Shown: one piece after another, positions 1 to 15,491 of the stretch
Layout: each line of letters opens with the position of its first letter
How positions within the stretch are numbered: the first letter of the stretch is position 1
Assembly: GCA_951406725.2 (NCBI GenBank)
Contig: OX597817.1
Coordinates: forward strand, 67,518,001-67,582,000
DNA from: Octopus vulgaris
Lineage: Eukaryota
DNA length: 64,000 bases
Reading direction: 5' to 3'
Position numbers and translations under genes: made by a program
The notes under the pieces: generated by a model
Seen by the model: the letters and a program-made list of their open reading frames with translations, nothing else
Database searches by the model: none
What the model was told of the DNA's origin: nothing

Positions 1-559
1 CAGTTCCAATCACTACTATTACAGCCACAACAGGTCACTTTTAGGTTAAGTCACTTGACCATTTAAGAGGATTCCACCAACAACCTTCAACTGTCATACC
101 ACTTCCACATTCTTCTTCTTCTTCTTCGCCGCCTCCTTTCTCAGCTGCTACTACTGCTTAAACAATCAAAACCAAGAACTCATATCAAATGTTAGGACTA
201 CTACTACCTGCTACTTGCTACCAAGCCCTCACAACGGTAAAAAAAGAGAGACAGACAGAAAAAAAGGAAAATGTCCCTTGCATTTGAAAACTATGGAAAT
301 ATTTTTTAAAAACATTTCATTTAATTTTTCCACAATTCAATTGTTTTTCTTTAAGTTGAAAAAGTTGCAAAGTCTGAAACCGGTACTAAAATGTTCTTCA
401 TGATAAAATTATTTTAGCATTTTCTACCTTGTCTTATTTTCCATATATATATAATTAAAAAGTAATGTAATAATACATTACGGAGGTTGTATTATAAGCA
501 ATTAATAATTATTTATGAATATATCAATGGCCAAACATTTTATCATAAAATTCATAGAA

Positions 560-893
560 GAATGTTTATAATTAGGAACAAGTCACAATTATAACTAAGA
601 GGGTTTCAAAACCCTTACATGTTTAAAAATAACAGCCAAAACCGCTATAAAGCCATTTTTATCATTCATATTATTTCTCTTCACAATTGAAACTGTTTGC
701 AGGCGATAAGACAAATAGAATCTACAAATTAAAAATAACTGGTTAATTCCCTATTGCAATTTCGACGTGAAGAGAAATAATATGAGCGATAAGAATGGTT
801 TTATAGCGGTTTTGCCTGCTATTTCTAAACATGTAAGGGTTTTTTTAAACCTTCTTAATTATAACTGTGACTTGTTTATAATTATAAATATTT
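560..893. repeat. Foldback (imperfect palindromic) element, ~135-bp arms
   Basis: Arm ~560-695 (AACAAGTCACAATTATAAC...CCCTTACATGTTT...AAAACCGCTATAAAGCCATT...ATATTATTTCTCTTCAC) is an imperfect reverse complement of ~757-893; spacer ~60 bp. Confidence 0.75.
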
Positions 894-989
894 TTCTATA
901 TATGTGTGTGTGTGTGTGTGTGTGGATGGATAGACAAATAGATAGATAGATATGTACATACACGTATATACGTATATATATATATATAA

Positions 990-1235
990 AATACAAAATG
1001 GGACAAGAACACAAAACATTCAGATAGACGATACAAAAAAAAAAACAAGGACGGGTCATTCGAAGCTTTTTATCCTCAGTCAAGAACCGGATCATACTCG
1101 CAATTTCGGCTGATTAATCTTGAGATTGCTCCAATCTGGCCAGCCCCAAGGAAAAACTAAGCTAAGAACATTAGCTTCCTTGGAAAAAAGCATCGAATGT
1201 ATAGGAAAACAAGGACGGAAAAACAGACGATGTCA
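990..1235 (-). mobile_element. Repeat family A copy (non-autonomous, (TA)n-associated, possibly Penelope-derived)
   Basis: Reverse complement matches 6805-6995 and 8600-8878 (CCAAGGAATCTAATG...TTTTTCCTTGGGGCTGGCCAGATTGG...GACCCGTCCTTG); abuts a TA run. Confidence 0.7.
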
Positions 1236-1699
1236 CCGCCTTAACAACAACAACAACAACAACAGCAACAACAACAATAACTGTAATAACTAGCGGGACC
1301 CATGAATATTTCACGGAATTATTGGTAAACTTATTGGGTTATTTCAGAAAACCTTATCCAAAAAACCTGAAAGCGTAGTCTATGTTGTGTCTGTATCATT
1401 GAAAAGTTCCGATTGAAAATAATTCCCCTTCGTTATTTTTGCACAAGGCCGTCAAGTCTGAAGGGTTAGAAAAGTCGATTACCGACTTTAGTGCTCAACT
1501 GGTAATTACTTAGTTGACTCCGAAAAGATGAAAGCGATGTTGATCTTGGCAGCATTTGGACGCAAAACGCAAAAACCTGGTTAAATGTTACAGAGAAATA
1601 CAGTTTTCGTAAACTTATGAACGAAGATTAAAACTACTGTTGTTCTATGAAATAAATGGTTTATCGATAGCAAATGACTTGATCCACTCTTCAGTGAAA

Positions 1700-2285
1700 A
1701 GACTTAATATGAGTCTCATACAACAACCAATATCTCTATCAAAACAGTTAAATGATTATCCAGGAACAGCGGAAGCCATTACTAGAACATTCTAGAGTAT
1801 ACCCTTTGGATGAAATACTTTCCGATCACCTTTTGTTCTTGGCAAAATTTGAATCATCTCAAAAAACAAACGAAAATACGAAAAATGCCAAAGAAGTAGA
1901 ACGTGAACAAAATTACTGATAAAGACCTGGCTTAAAAGACTGAAATACAGATAAAAAGTGTACTTTTACTCTAGTATGAAACGCACGATATAGTTGAGGT
2001 GTAGGTGTTTTCAAAGAAACAACTAACAAAATAGCAGAAGAAACCGTCGGTTTGAAAGCTCGAAAGAAATTGACGTGCCCATATCAGAAATAGAGACAGT
2101 TTGTGAACAAAGGCGAAAAACCAGAACAGAAACATAAACAACCCTGACGATATTATCAACTCCGAACAATACAAACGATTGAGCAAAGCAGTCATGACAT
2201 CATCAATCTACAAAAGAATAAGAATAAGAAAAAGTACAAGAAAAGGATAGAACAACTTAAACGATATCTTGATAAGCGAATAATA
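1700..2285 (+). mobile_element. Highly decayed LINE ORF remnant (RTE-like, end of APE domain and linker)
   Basis: Pieces translate to LSDHLLFLAKF (APE SDH motif), IAEETVGLKARKK and QYKRLSKAV, with many stops and frameshifts. Confidence 0.45.
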
Positions 2286-2356
2286 ATCACAGCATTTTAA
2301 AAGTTCTTAAAATCTGTGAGTGTATGTGCGGGGGTGTAAAATTCGCGCGAGTATGT

Positions 2357-2431
<75 letters not shown>

Positions 2432-2639
2432 TGAGTATGTGTGTGTGTGATTGCTGTCCACTCGTGATCGAGAAAGACCACCACTGACTGTTTTGAACAT
2501 AGTGCACTCAAACAAATTTATATTTTTCACTACACTGGCGGTACGTTTTCGAGCAGCTCAAATTTGCATGGGCATTGTTGCTTTAACTTAACATTATACT
2601 TTATACAAGAATATTATATACATATATGTATAACTTAAG

Positions 2640-2932
2640 GCAATCCAGCGTCACAACACAAAAAAGATTGACTCCGTGAAACAGATGAGCTACTGGGAGA
2701 GGCTATAAGAACTAAAGTTCTACTCCCTAGAGAGAAAGCGAGAAAGGTATGAAAGATCCTGGAAGGTCTAGCTCTCAACTTTGGATTTAAAAGCTATACC
2801 AACCACCAAACTGGACGGTATGGCAAAATACCAACGATACTGTGTTCTTCATTTCAGGTAAGGACCCAGTATTGCAACAGTTTGGGTTTCAGGGGACCGC
2901 AACTATTTAATATCATGCCAAAGAACCTAAGG
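2640..2932 (+). mobile_element. CR1/L2-group LINE ORF2 C-terminal remnant
   Basis: Translates with frameshifts as KKIDSVKQMSYWERL*ELKFYSLERKRERY...KILEGL...RTQYCNSLGFRGPQLFNIMPKNLR, the typical post-RT SYxERLxxLxLxSLExRR motif. Confidence 0.75.
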
Positions 2933-3158
2933 TGCATTCTACCAACTAAATTTATTTAGAGATTAGAACAATGAAAATGCTGAGGCATTGTTATTTAGAG
3001 TTTCTACCGCACTGAAAAGAATTTATGAGTTTATACCTTGCATGCTTTCTTCTGAAAGATCTGGGCTTAAAGAAAGAAGTCACAAAGAATGGTAATCTTG
3101 ACACTCGAATAATAATGAACGCTAAGTCACTGTACGTGAGAAGAACCAGTAAGGGAAT

Positions 3159-3373
3159 ACTCTCTCTTTTACTCTCTTTTACTTGTTTCAGTCATTTTAC
3201 TGCGGCCATGCTGGAGCACCACCTTTAGTCGAGCAATCGACCCCGGGACTTATTCTTTGTAAGCCCAGTACTTATTCTATCGGTCTCTTTTGCCGAAGCG
3301 CTAAGTGACGGGGACGTAAACACACCAGTATCGGTTGTCAAGCAATGCTAGGGGGACAAACACAGACACACAA

Positions 3374-3432
<59 letters not shown>

Positions 3433-3608
3433 TATACATATATACGACAGGCTTCTTTCAGTTTCCGTCTACCAAATCCACTCACAAGGCATTGGTCGGC
3501 CCGTGGCTATAGCAGAAGACACTTGCCCAAGATGCCACGCAGTGGGACTGAACCCGGAACCATGTGGTTGGTTAGCAAGCTACTTACCACACAGCCACTC
3601 CTGCGCCT
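3159..3608 (-). mobile_element. tRNA-derived SINE family 1, full length
   Basis: Minus-strand head AGGCGCAGGAGTGGCTGTGTGGTAAG...GGTTCAGTCCC (pol III A/B boxes), CTTGGGCAAGTGTCTT core, internal (TA)/(TG) run, tail GACTGAAACAAGTAAAAGAG; near-identical to 37981-38388. Confidence 0.92.
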
Positions 3609-5280
3609 ATGGAATGGTAATAAGGTTTAATCAAAACCTGGTATTCGACGTTACTTCGAAAAGAGACAGTCTTTTTCCATGCAATATGTTAATACCACCT
3701 CGTGTGGAGGGTGTGGTTATTTTCCTTGTATTAATGGCCAAAGCCAGAGAATACCACCTGCATTTAAATAATTCTAGATGTGACTTCACGAGAATCTACT
3801 TTAAGCGTTTAACGATGGTCAAGGCGCCTGTGTTTATGAATGGATGTTCGTTCGATTACCTATAAGGATTGCCTATTGAAAATAACAGCTTGAAATTATA
3901 TCTATATCTCTAACAATATATCTGTAGTTAATCATTGCAGGCATGAAGTGGATTCGATCCTAGATAGCCAAATTTCAAGTAATAGTTCAACAGAACTTTT
4001 TTCACGGTAAAACAATAGTTTTTCTGAGTGACAGTTTACATTTGCCAGATGCCTTAGCTAAGCAAAATAATGTCATCGCCACTTGAAACTTCTAACCTCT
4101 TATAGACTACCAGAAGCTAGAATCAAGATAACAAGTACCACAAACTAAATCAATTGTTCTCAACGATATGTCTATCCTGGATAGTTATAAAAACAAGAAC
4201 CCCCAAACCAGAATCAGTTAGTCACTTGATGATAATTCAATGAGTTAGTCACTTGGTGACAATTCAGTTAGTCGGTTAGTAAGAACACAGTCTGGCTGAC
4301 CATCTGAACAAACGCCGCCTCTAAAGAAAAGGGCACAAAGAGAACACCTATGGTAACTTACCAACAGAGTAGTTGTTTCGTCCCATACTCTCACTGTCAC
4401 TAACTCACTTTCTCTTCTCTGTACATTACCATATCTCTCTCTATGGTTTACTACTACAATAAGAACATACAGGCCGAAATTAACTTTTTTACTTCGCATG
4501 CTCCAGGATTTCATCACTTGCCCGTCGAGGCAAGGTATTGCATAATGTAACGGTAAAATAAATATTTTCTTCACAACTTCAACCACTGTTCTTCCATCTT
4601 TGCATAATGCAATCAACGAAGAACCAATACTTACAAACTGATTACAACGCCGACATTACATATTATAGTTATCAAATTAAACTTCAACCGTATTGTTTAC
4701 AAATCAACCTCAACCTTTATAAAATTAATCTTCATCGTTACATATCTAAAAATGGTTTGTGAAAGCGTTTGTAATCGCTGTTGAAACTATTGGCTACTTT
4801 AAAACATTTTCTTGTGGCAGAATTCCCCTGGAAACGGCTATCAAACAGTAAGAAAGTTCCCTCTTACTCTTGATTCCTAAATTACCAACGTTCTACGAAG
4901 TAAAAAATAAGCAACACATTCTATAAATTTTTTCCACATTGTAATTAATTTCATCTTCAAACTTATCTTGGAAATATATCTCAGTAAATAAGTTACAAGT
5001 TGAAAAATACTGAAGATTTCTAAAACGGAATGAAATCTATGCTTGATTACAACAAACAAAAAAATTTAACAACTTTATAATAGATTAAAAAATGGAATTA
5101 AATATGTGAACTCTATGCATCTTCTTTCTCGTATTTTTTAAATTTCAATTTCAAATTTCTAATCCTGTTTCGTGTTATAAGGGGATGATTATCTCCTTTA
5201 TTAATAATCATAGCCTCAGGATACCTCACACACACACAAATACATACATACATACATACATACATACATACATACATACA

Positions 5281-5385
<105 letters not shown>

Positions 5386-6159
5386 TGTGTTATATACATA
5401 GGAAGACACATACGTGTGTTCTTGCGTGTGTATGTGCGTGTGTATATATATGTGTGCATGTATGTGTATGAGTGGTGTGCGATAACGTGAAGTTCAGAGT
5501 TCCGATTGAAAATGATTTTCCTCATAATAATAAAAATAATTGTATCAAATTTTGGCAGAAGACCAACAAATTTGTACAACAGAGTATAACATACAATGGA
5601 AAATCTTGGAGAAGTGCATTGTTTATTTGAATAACAGGAGAAAATGCAGATTATGCCTAGCCGAGAACAAAAAATCCCACATTGAAGAACTTTAAGTACG
5701 CAGACATCTATCTTGCTCACATGAAAAAAAAAAAAAAATTGTCATACCTGCAGGCTCCACCAGGACTCCAATCCCGGTCCTTTCACCACCGTATCTTGGA
5801 AACTATGCAAAGTGTCTAGCCAAAACGTACACAAACGAACACGCAGACAAATGTATATTCTAACGTGGGCTTAAACGTTGGACACTAAACCCAGCACCCC
5901 AACATCCCTACAAACCCTACACGTATAATACATCCACAAGCATTCCTACCCTACACGAAAATTTATACTTAATTCCTACACATATTTCTATAAAACTCTT
6001 GCAGACTTTCAAAATACCAGAGGTGTTTGGTGCCAAGGAACGTAACTCCTCATATAATTCATATTAACCTTCTTCTGTTCGCTTCGTCTTTTTTTCACAG
6101 CATCCATGAACCGGATGTGTTTCCCACCTTCAATAACAGTGCAGTCACCATATTTTTAT

Positions 6160-6258
6160 TTGCTAGCCCTGACGATCACATGGTGTTACATAAACAGACT
6201 GTCATCTAAAATCCGGCTTAATAATTAGTGCGAAACCGATTGATTCGGTCGACTGTAA
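6160..6258 (+). ncRNA. Type I hammerhead ribozyme motif, intact core, long stem II insert
   Basis: AGCC-CTGACGA(6169-75)-tCAC...GTGc-GAAA(6232-35)-CCGA ttgat TCGG-TC^(6250)-GACT; perfect 4-bp stem III beyond the A-U pair and a GUC triplet; stem I has one mismatch and the 10.1/11.1 pair is U/C. Confidence 0.6.
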
Positions 6259-6804
6259 TGGATATATATACATACATATAAGTATATATATGTGTGTGTG
6301 TGTGTGTCTATACATACACACATACACACAGACTAAGAGATGTGTATGCAAAGATGTCCCAAAGTTTATTCCGGCTGAATCTTTTACTATGATCGATAGT
6401 AAGCCAGATAAACATACATACTTGTTCCTTGCACCACTTCAAATCATATTTACATAAATGACTACACATTATATACTGAATAGGAAATATTACAGGTACA
6501 TGCAAGCATACAAAACAGCACGAACACGCACACAAACATTGATACCTACACACATACATAATGAATGGATTTTTATCATAGAATATTCAGTCAGACACGA
6601 TGCGGCAATGCGAGTTCACTCCCACACAGGTTAACAAATTTGTTTATGTGCAAGTGTTTGCGTGCGTGAGTGAGTGTATGAAGGTGTACGTGAGCATGTA
6701 TGTATGTATGTATGTATGTATGTATGTATGTATGTATGTATGTATGTATGTATGTATGTATGTATGTATGTATGTATGTATGCATGTGTATACATATTTT
6801 TTTT

Positions 6805-6992
6805 CTTACAAGGAATCTAATGCTCTTTGCTTAGTTTTTCCTTGGGGCTGGTCAGATTGGAACAATCTCGAGTATAACTCACCGAAATTGCAAAGATAAT
6901 CTGGAACTCGAGTGACGAAAGAAAACTCCGGTTGACCCGTCCTTGTTTTCTTTGTATTGTCTAATTGGATGTTTTGCGTTCTTGTTCCATTT

Positions 6993-6995
<3 letters not shown>
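6805..6995 (+). mobile_element. Repeat family A copy
   Basis: Homologous to 990-1235 (-) and 8600-8878; ends in (TA)n. Confidence 0.7.
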
Positions 6996-8913
<1,918 letters not shown>

Positions 8914-8938
8914 TAGTGTGTATAATATATATGTTTCT

Positions 8939-9245
<307 letters not shown>

Positions 9246-9249
9246 TATA

Positions 9250-9520
9250 CACGCTAGAGTTGAACTAGAGACAGCTGATGAAGGGGATTTTTCCTTGTGT
9301 AGTTTGTCCTGTACTCTGTTTTTCTGTTTTTCTGTTGTAAAAAAATGGTTTGTTCCATGCTTGTTTTTCCGTTTTCGTTTTTCCGTTTTCAATTCTCGTT
9401 GAGTTCTACGTCTAGTTGTGGTGTCCTGTACTCACGTATTTATATATGCATGTATATATACATGTAGATGTAGGTACGTACATATATGTTTGTATGTATG
9501 TATATATTTTATTTATTACA
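9250..9520 (+). mobile_element. Repeat family B copy (3' part)
   Basis: CTGATGAAGGG...TGTCCTGTAC...ATATATGCATG...GTAGGTACGTACATATATG matches 7770-7985 and 13090-13290. Confidence 0.6.
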
Positions 9521-9636
<116 letters not shown>

Positions 9637-9674
9637 ATATATGTAATATGCATACATATATGTATATATATATG

Positions 9675-9707
<33 letters not shown>

Positions 9708-9886
9708 TTATGCAGTCACATGAATTATATAAAAAAGCTTCATGGTAAATGAACTGCGGTTATTGGCATGCATGAAACTCTCGACCTTGAGTCACACCTA
9801 TAACTATTTGACAACTAAGAACAATAAATAACCATATATACGCTCATGTACTTGGTTTTACAAAATCTAATCTATCTATCTATCTG

Positions 9887-9976
<90 letters not shown>

Positions 9977-11240
9977 AGGTGTGGTCGCCGTTTGTGAGGC
10001 ACGCTTTCCCGCAGCTCGTCTCCATGACCGAACTGCAGTCGTGGATCAAAAAGAGGCCGAGGAAGGGCGAATGGCACCGCGAGTGTCGCGTTGCTCTCAA
10101 GTAACTCTGCCGCCCTGGGTCGACCTTGAGTGACTTCAACACAACCAAAGCATTCTATAGGGGATTAGTGGAGGGGAGGTACGACGACGAGCTCGGGGCG
10201 AACCTGGACGTCGACGAGGAGTACCTGACCCGCCTGTTCAGGACGACTTTCGGGCCAGGGCCCATGGACAACTTCCAGAGATCCCTGGCCTGGCAGTGTT
10301 ACCGAGAAGCGCTACCCGTTCGGGATAAGCTCTACAGACACGGTTCGAGAAACACGGGGCCGACCTGCCCGAGATGCGGTCAGAGCGACGAAACCGTTCT
10401 GCACGCACTCGTGCAGTGTCCAACAATTTCCGACCTGTAGGTGTGTGTCGAACAACTGCTGTCACGTGTGGGACGAGTCGGTTTATCAGCTGAGTCTATC
10501 GTCAATATTGTCACGCCTCCTTCCTTCAAACGGGAAGGAAGAGCTATTTTCATCATCCTTGTGGCTATGGCGAAAGAATGTATCTGGTGGACGCGTCTGA
10601 AAGGATTGGAGACAAACACTTTCCTCTCTGGTCAATCTCTCATCAACTTCTTCAAGTACCACTTGAAAAGGAAAGTGACAGTAGAGAGGCAAGTTTTGTC
10701 TAGCGAATGTTTTAAAAAAAGATGGGTGAATGTAGCAAGGATGGCACGTATGAATGACGAAGCCACCTTGAGCATAATCCTATGAACCCAGAAATTGAAA
10801 ACAGAGGGTTACTCACTTGCAAACAAATGTGGTAACATATAACAATATTGACCAAGGTTACCGTGGTCTTTTTCGTAGGCTTTTCTTCCCACGGATAAAT
10901 CTTACTTGCTTTCCCCTGTACACCATATATCATAACACTGTGATACACGATCCCTATTGATCGTTCTTTTTTTTCCTCTTCCCCTTTTCCCCCCTTTTTT
11001 CTTCTTTTTTCATTTCTCTTTCCTTTTGTTCCTTTTCCTTTTCTTTTTCTTTTTTTTATTCTTTTTATTTTTTATTATTATTTTTTTGTTCTTTTCTTCC
11101 CTTTTACGATCCCTCTTGATCGAAAACCTACGCCACCCCTTTTTTTTCTTTTGTTTTTTGTTTTTTTCATCCCCCAAAAGAAAAGCTCTACCTTGTAACT
11201 TGTCCCATCTGTGTGCAGCCCTGTGTGGCCAATAAAGAAA
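9977..11240 (+). mobile_element. 5'-truncated Tx1/L1-clade non-LTR retrotransposon (ORF2 C-terminus with zf-RVT, 3' UTR) inserted in (TATC)n
   Basis: 10126-10785 reads WQCYREALPVRDKLYRHG..CPRCGQSDETVLHALVQC..DL*..IWWTR (CCHC zf-RVT motif; TAG at 10438-40 probably from TGG). T-rich 3' UTR ends GTGGCCAATAAAGAAA; (TATC)n on both sides. Confidence 0.92.
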
Positions 11241-11241
11241 C

Positions 11242-11313
<72 letters not shown>

Positions 11314-11716
11314 TTGCCTGTCTGCCTGGTTGCCTGTCTGCCTGTCTTTCTGACAATCTCTTTGTCTGTCTGTCTGTCTGTTAGTCTGCTACCTGCCTAT
11401 GTATGTATGTATCTATCTACTTGTATCTGTCTATATGTTTTTATGTTTAATCATACATACACATACGCACATACACATATATACATGTGTGTGTGTGTGT
11501 GTATGCATATATATATATGTATATGCATATATTAACTTATACTTCTTTCAATCATTGGACAGCAGCCTTTCTGAGGCATATCTTGAAGCCTTTAGTCGAA
11601 CAAATCGAATCCAGTACTTTTTTTTAGTCTCTTACTTATTCTGTCGATTCCTTTTACCGATCCGTATGGTTAAAGGGACGAAAACAAACTAGCACCGGAT
11701 GTCAAGCGATATGTGG

Positions 11717-11780
<64 letters not shown>

Positions 11781-11869
11781 TATATAGATATGTTTACAAA
11801 TAGATATATCTTTATGTATACAGGTGGACAGATAAATAGTCAGAAATAGAGAAAGATGGATATATATAT

Positions 11870-12190
<321 letters not shown>

Positions 12191-12270
12191 CGTCTATCAA
12201 TTTACGTTGGTCCAATTCACCTGCAAGGCCCTTGGAAATAAACTTTTTACCATACAGACACGCCTGTAGC

Positions 12271-12344
<74 letters not shown>

Positions 12345-12355
<11 letters not shown>

Positions 12356-12484
12356 TATAGAAGGAGCTTCTATATAATAAATTATATAGAACCTCCTTCT
12401 ATATAATAAATTAAAAATTAATTTTACTCTGCTATGTATTGAGTACCTTATTTACTGTGGTTAACCCCGAATCAACCCGGGACC

Positions 12485-12487
<3 letters not shown>
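12345..12487 (-). repeat. Repeat family D, small hairpin-bearing element in (TA)n
   Basis: TTTACTGTGGTTAACCCCGAATCAACCCGGGACCTA and AGAAGGAGCTTCTA match the reverse complement of 27233-27300; internal hairpin 12345-12412. Confidence 0.65.
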
Positions 12488-12545
<58 letters not shown>

Positions 12546-12580
12546 GTACACACACGAGCACACAGACACACATACGCATG

Positions 12581-12624
<44 letters not shown>

Positions 12625-12831
12625 GAAGAAGAATGTCTAATCTTTAGCTTAAGCGATCGGCTTACAACAAGATAAATTGATATATAATATAGTGTAACTA
12701 AATTAATTAAGAACTGAAGGCATAGGGTCAATTCGTTCGACTAAAATTTTTCAAGCCGACGCCCCAGCTTGGTCACAATATAATGACTGTAACAAATAAA
12801 AAATATATCTATCTATTCATCTCTCTCACAC

Positions 12832-12884
<53 letters not shown>

Positions 12885-12887
<3 letters not shown>

Positions 12888-13286
12888 CTGTCCAAGCTTG
12901 ATTTACGCGTTCGCCACCACAACCTCATTTAGGCTTACCAACCCTTCCGGTTTGGTTTCACTGTCCTGTTTGTGTTACCAATTTTGACCCTCCGCAAAAT
13001 CCCAAACTTTATTTAATTTGCTTTGCCGGAGCAACTGTTTTATCGAAAGCGTATGTTGTTGTTAAATGCTCGAAATACGAGACTAGACAAACAGCCAACA
13101 ACTGATGAAGTGTCGTTCATTTTGTTGTTTGTTTTGTTTGCCATTTGTCCTTCGTTATTCGAAAGAATAGTTCATGTTCCACATACTCGTACTTCGTATT
13201 TTTTTGTTGTACACGTTTCGTGACGTCCTGTGCCCACATATGCATATATGTATAGATGTAAGTATGTACATATACTTATGTATATA

Positions 13287-13290
<4 letters not shown>
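12885..13290 (+). mobile_element. Repeat family B, diverged copy between (TA)n arrays
   Basis: CTGTCCTGTT..TTACCA..CCTCCG..TTTATTTAATTTGCTTTG.. matches 7600-7985. Confidence 0.6.
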
Positions 13291-13376
<86 letters not shown>

Positions 13377-13485
13377 ATTAGGGAAAGAACACCTTTTATC
13401 AATTCAAAATGAACAATTAAATTACACCATCTAGAAAATTACTTATAATAGAAAAATTTGAATTAAAATAACAATAAAAAATTAT

Positions 13486-13561
<76 letters not shown>

Positions 13562-13679
13562 CGAGAGAGAGAGAGATACATGATTAGGATAAAGTTATTA
13601 ATTAATGATTTATCAGTGACCAAAGTACAAATAAATCATATAGGTTACATTAATATTTAAAGCGTAATTGTCAATATTA

Positions 13680-13932
13680 AATTATAATTAAGGGCACTAG
13701 AGGGACAGCGCCTGTACGCTTGAAATAATCGTCAAACGATTACAAGCCGCTTAAATTAACACTACGTTTATGACAAGGCTGTGCCCATAATATTTCTATT
13801 ACTCCTTTTTTTGTCAATTTTCTTTGCATACGGTCTCGTGACAAACGGAGTATTAATTTAAGTGGTCTGTAGTCGTTTGACGTCTATTTCAAGCGCACAG
13901 GCGCTATCCCTCCAGCACTCTTAATTATAATT
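13680..13932. repeat. Foldback element, ~105-bp imperfect arms
   Basis: AATTATAATTAAG..GAGGGACAGCGCCTGTACGCTTGAAATA..CGTCAAACGA..CTTAAATTAA is mirrored by TTAATTTAAG..TCGTTTGACG..TATTTCAAGCGCACAGGCGCTATCCCTC..CTTAATTATAATT. Confidence 0.8.
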
Positions 13933-13945
13933 ATACTTTAAATAC

Positions 13946-14036
<91 letters not shown>

Positions 14037-14051
14037 CATACATACATACAA

Positions 14052-14085
<34 letters not shown>

Positions 14086-14100
14086 ATGTATACACACACA

Positions 14101-14150
<50 letters not shown>

Positions 14151-14873
14151 TTATAGATTTAAGTCACAATATATGGATTCAAGTAATCCGGTAGTAATCA
14201 TAAAAAAAAAGCTCCTTAATGTATCATTCTACAAAACATGTTGAGTATAGAGTATGATGACAAAAAAAAAATGAAAGAAATCAGTTTCATGAAATTTTAT
14301 TTAACAATAAGAAAATTCTAATACTACAAATTGTGTCATATCTTAGAAACATGTAAATAATTTATGTTATTATATTTTGAATTTTTTTTTTTTTTTGCAT
14401 TTTGCATTAATGCAGGCATGTAAGTAATTTATTTATTATTAAATATAATAATATAATTCATTTGCATGTTTTTATGTTACGAAACAATTTGTCGTGATAT
14501 CAGAATTTTCTTGCTGTTAAAAAAGTTTTCATCAAACTATATCATTTATGACCTCATATATACCTATATACCGATATTTTTCAAAAACGGGGGAGATAAG
14601 CCATTTTTTTAAAATGGGGATGAGATAGCCAAAAAGTACCTACATATATACATACATTTATACACACATACACAGACACACATATGAATTGTGAAGCTGA
14701 AACTTTACATTTCGTTACTCCGAGTTTCTTTTGGATCTCCGGGCGACTATGTAAAATACAACACAGGTCTTCTAATTTTCATTATCGTCTGATGATCATC
14801 AACTCGGAACTCGGATTTAGCTTATGTGAAATCGACCGCCAGTAGTTTACACTACTCTAAACACAACCTTTAC

Positions 14874-14943
<70 letters not shown>

Positions 14944-14987
14944 GTGTGTGTCTGTCAGTCTATCTGTCTCCCTCCCCTCTGTATATA

Positions 14988-15055
<68 letters not shown>

Positions 15056-15221
15056 GAGGGAGGGAGACAGATAGACTGACAGACACACAGACATATATAT
15101 ATATATATATATATATACCGGAGTAAACACATAAATGTGAAACAAGGTGGAAAAAAGAGTACTCAAATACCAGTGGTAGAGTAATATGCTTTATTTTAAG
15201 CAGCAGAAAATTCAACAAAAT

Positions 15222-15259
15222 CTGTTACTCTGAGTTTCTCGTTGCCGTTCATCAGACAG
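15222..15259 (-). ncRNA. Minimal type I hammerhead ribozyme motif
   Basis: Exact reverse complement of 15270-15307. Confidence 0.75.
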
Positions 15260-15269
15260 TTTTTGCTAA

Positions 15270-15307
15270 CTGTCTGATGAACGGCAACGAGAAACTCAGA
15301 GTAACAG
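15270..15307 (+). ncRNA. Minimal type I hammerhead ribozyme motif
   Basis: CTGT-CTGATGA-ACG GCAA CGA-GAAA-CTC A GAG-TA^-ACAG; canonical core, GNRA loop 2, near-palindromic stem III, GUA cleavage after 15303; the 10.1/11.1 pair is A/A. Confidence 0.8.
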
Positions 15308-15339
15308 ATTTTGTTGAATTTTCTGCTGCTTAAAATAAA

Positions 15340-15402
<63 letters not shown>

Positions 15403-15453
15403 CATATATATATATATATACTTCATTTAAAAGCAGCAGAAATTTAACAAAAG

Positions 15454-15491
15454 CTGTTACTCGGAGTTTCACGTTCCCGTTCGTCGGACAG
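15454..15491 (-). ncRNA. Minimal type I hammerhead motif (CCGACGA core variant)
   Basis: Reverse complement reads CTGT-CCGACGA-ACG GGAA CGT-GAAA-CTC C GAG-TA^-ACAG, with all stems paired. A more decayed partner (GAAT) is on + at 15525-15562. Confidence 0.75.

Noticed and set aside
748-775. Minus-strand GAAA-TTGCAA-TA half hammerhead in the 560-893 foldback
   Set aside because: No CUGANGA partner is in a position to complete the core.
3335-3865. 176-aa ORF
   Set aside because: Runs through a SINE and a TA repeat into unrecognisable sequence; no domain.
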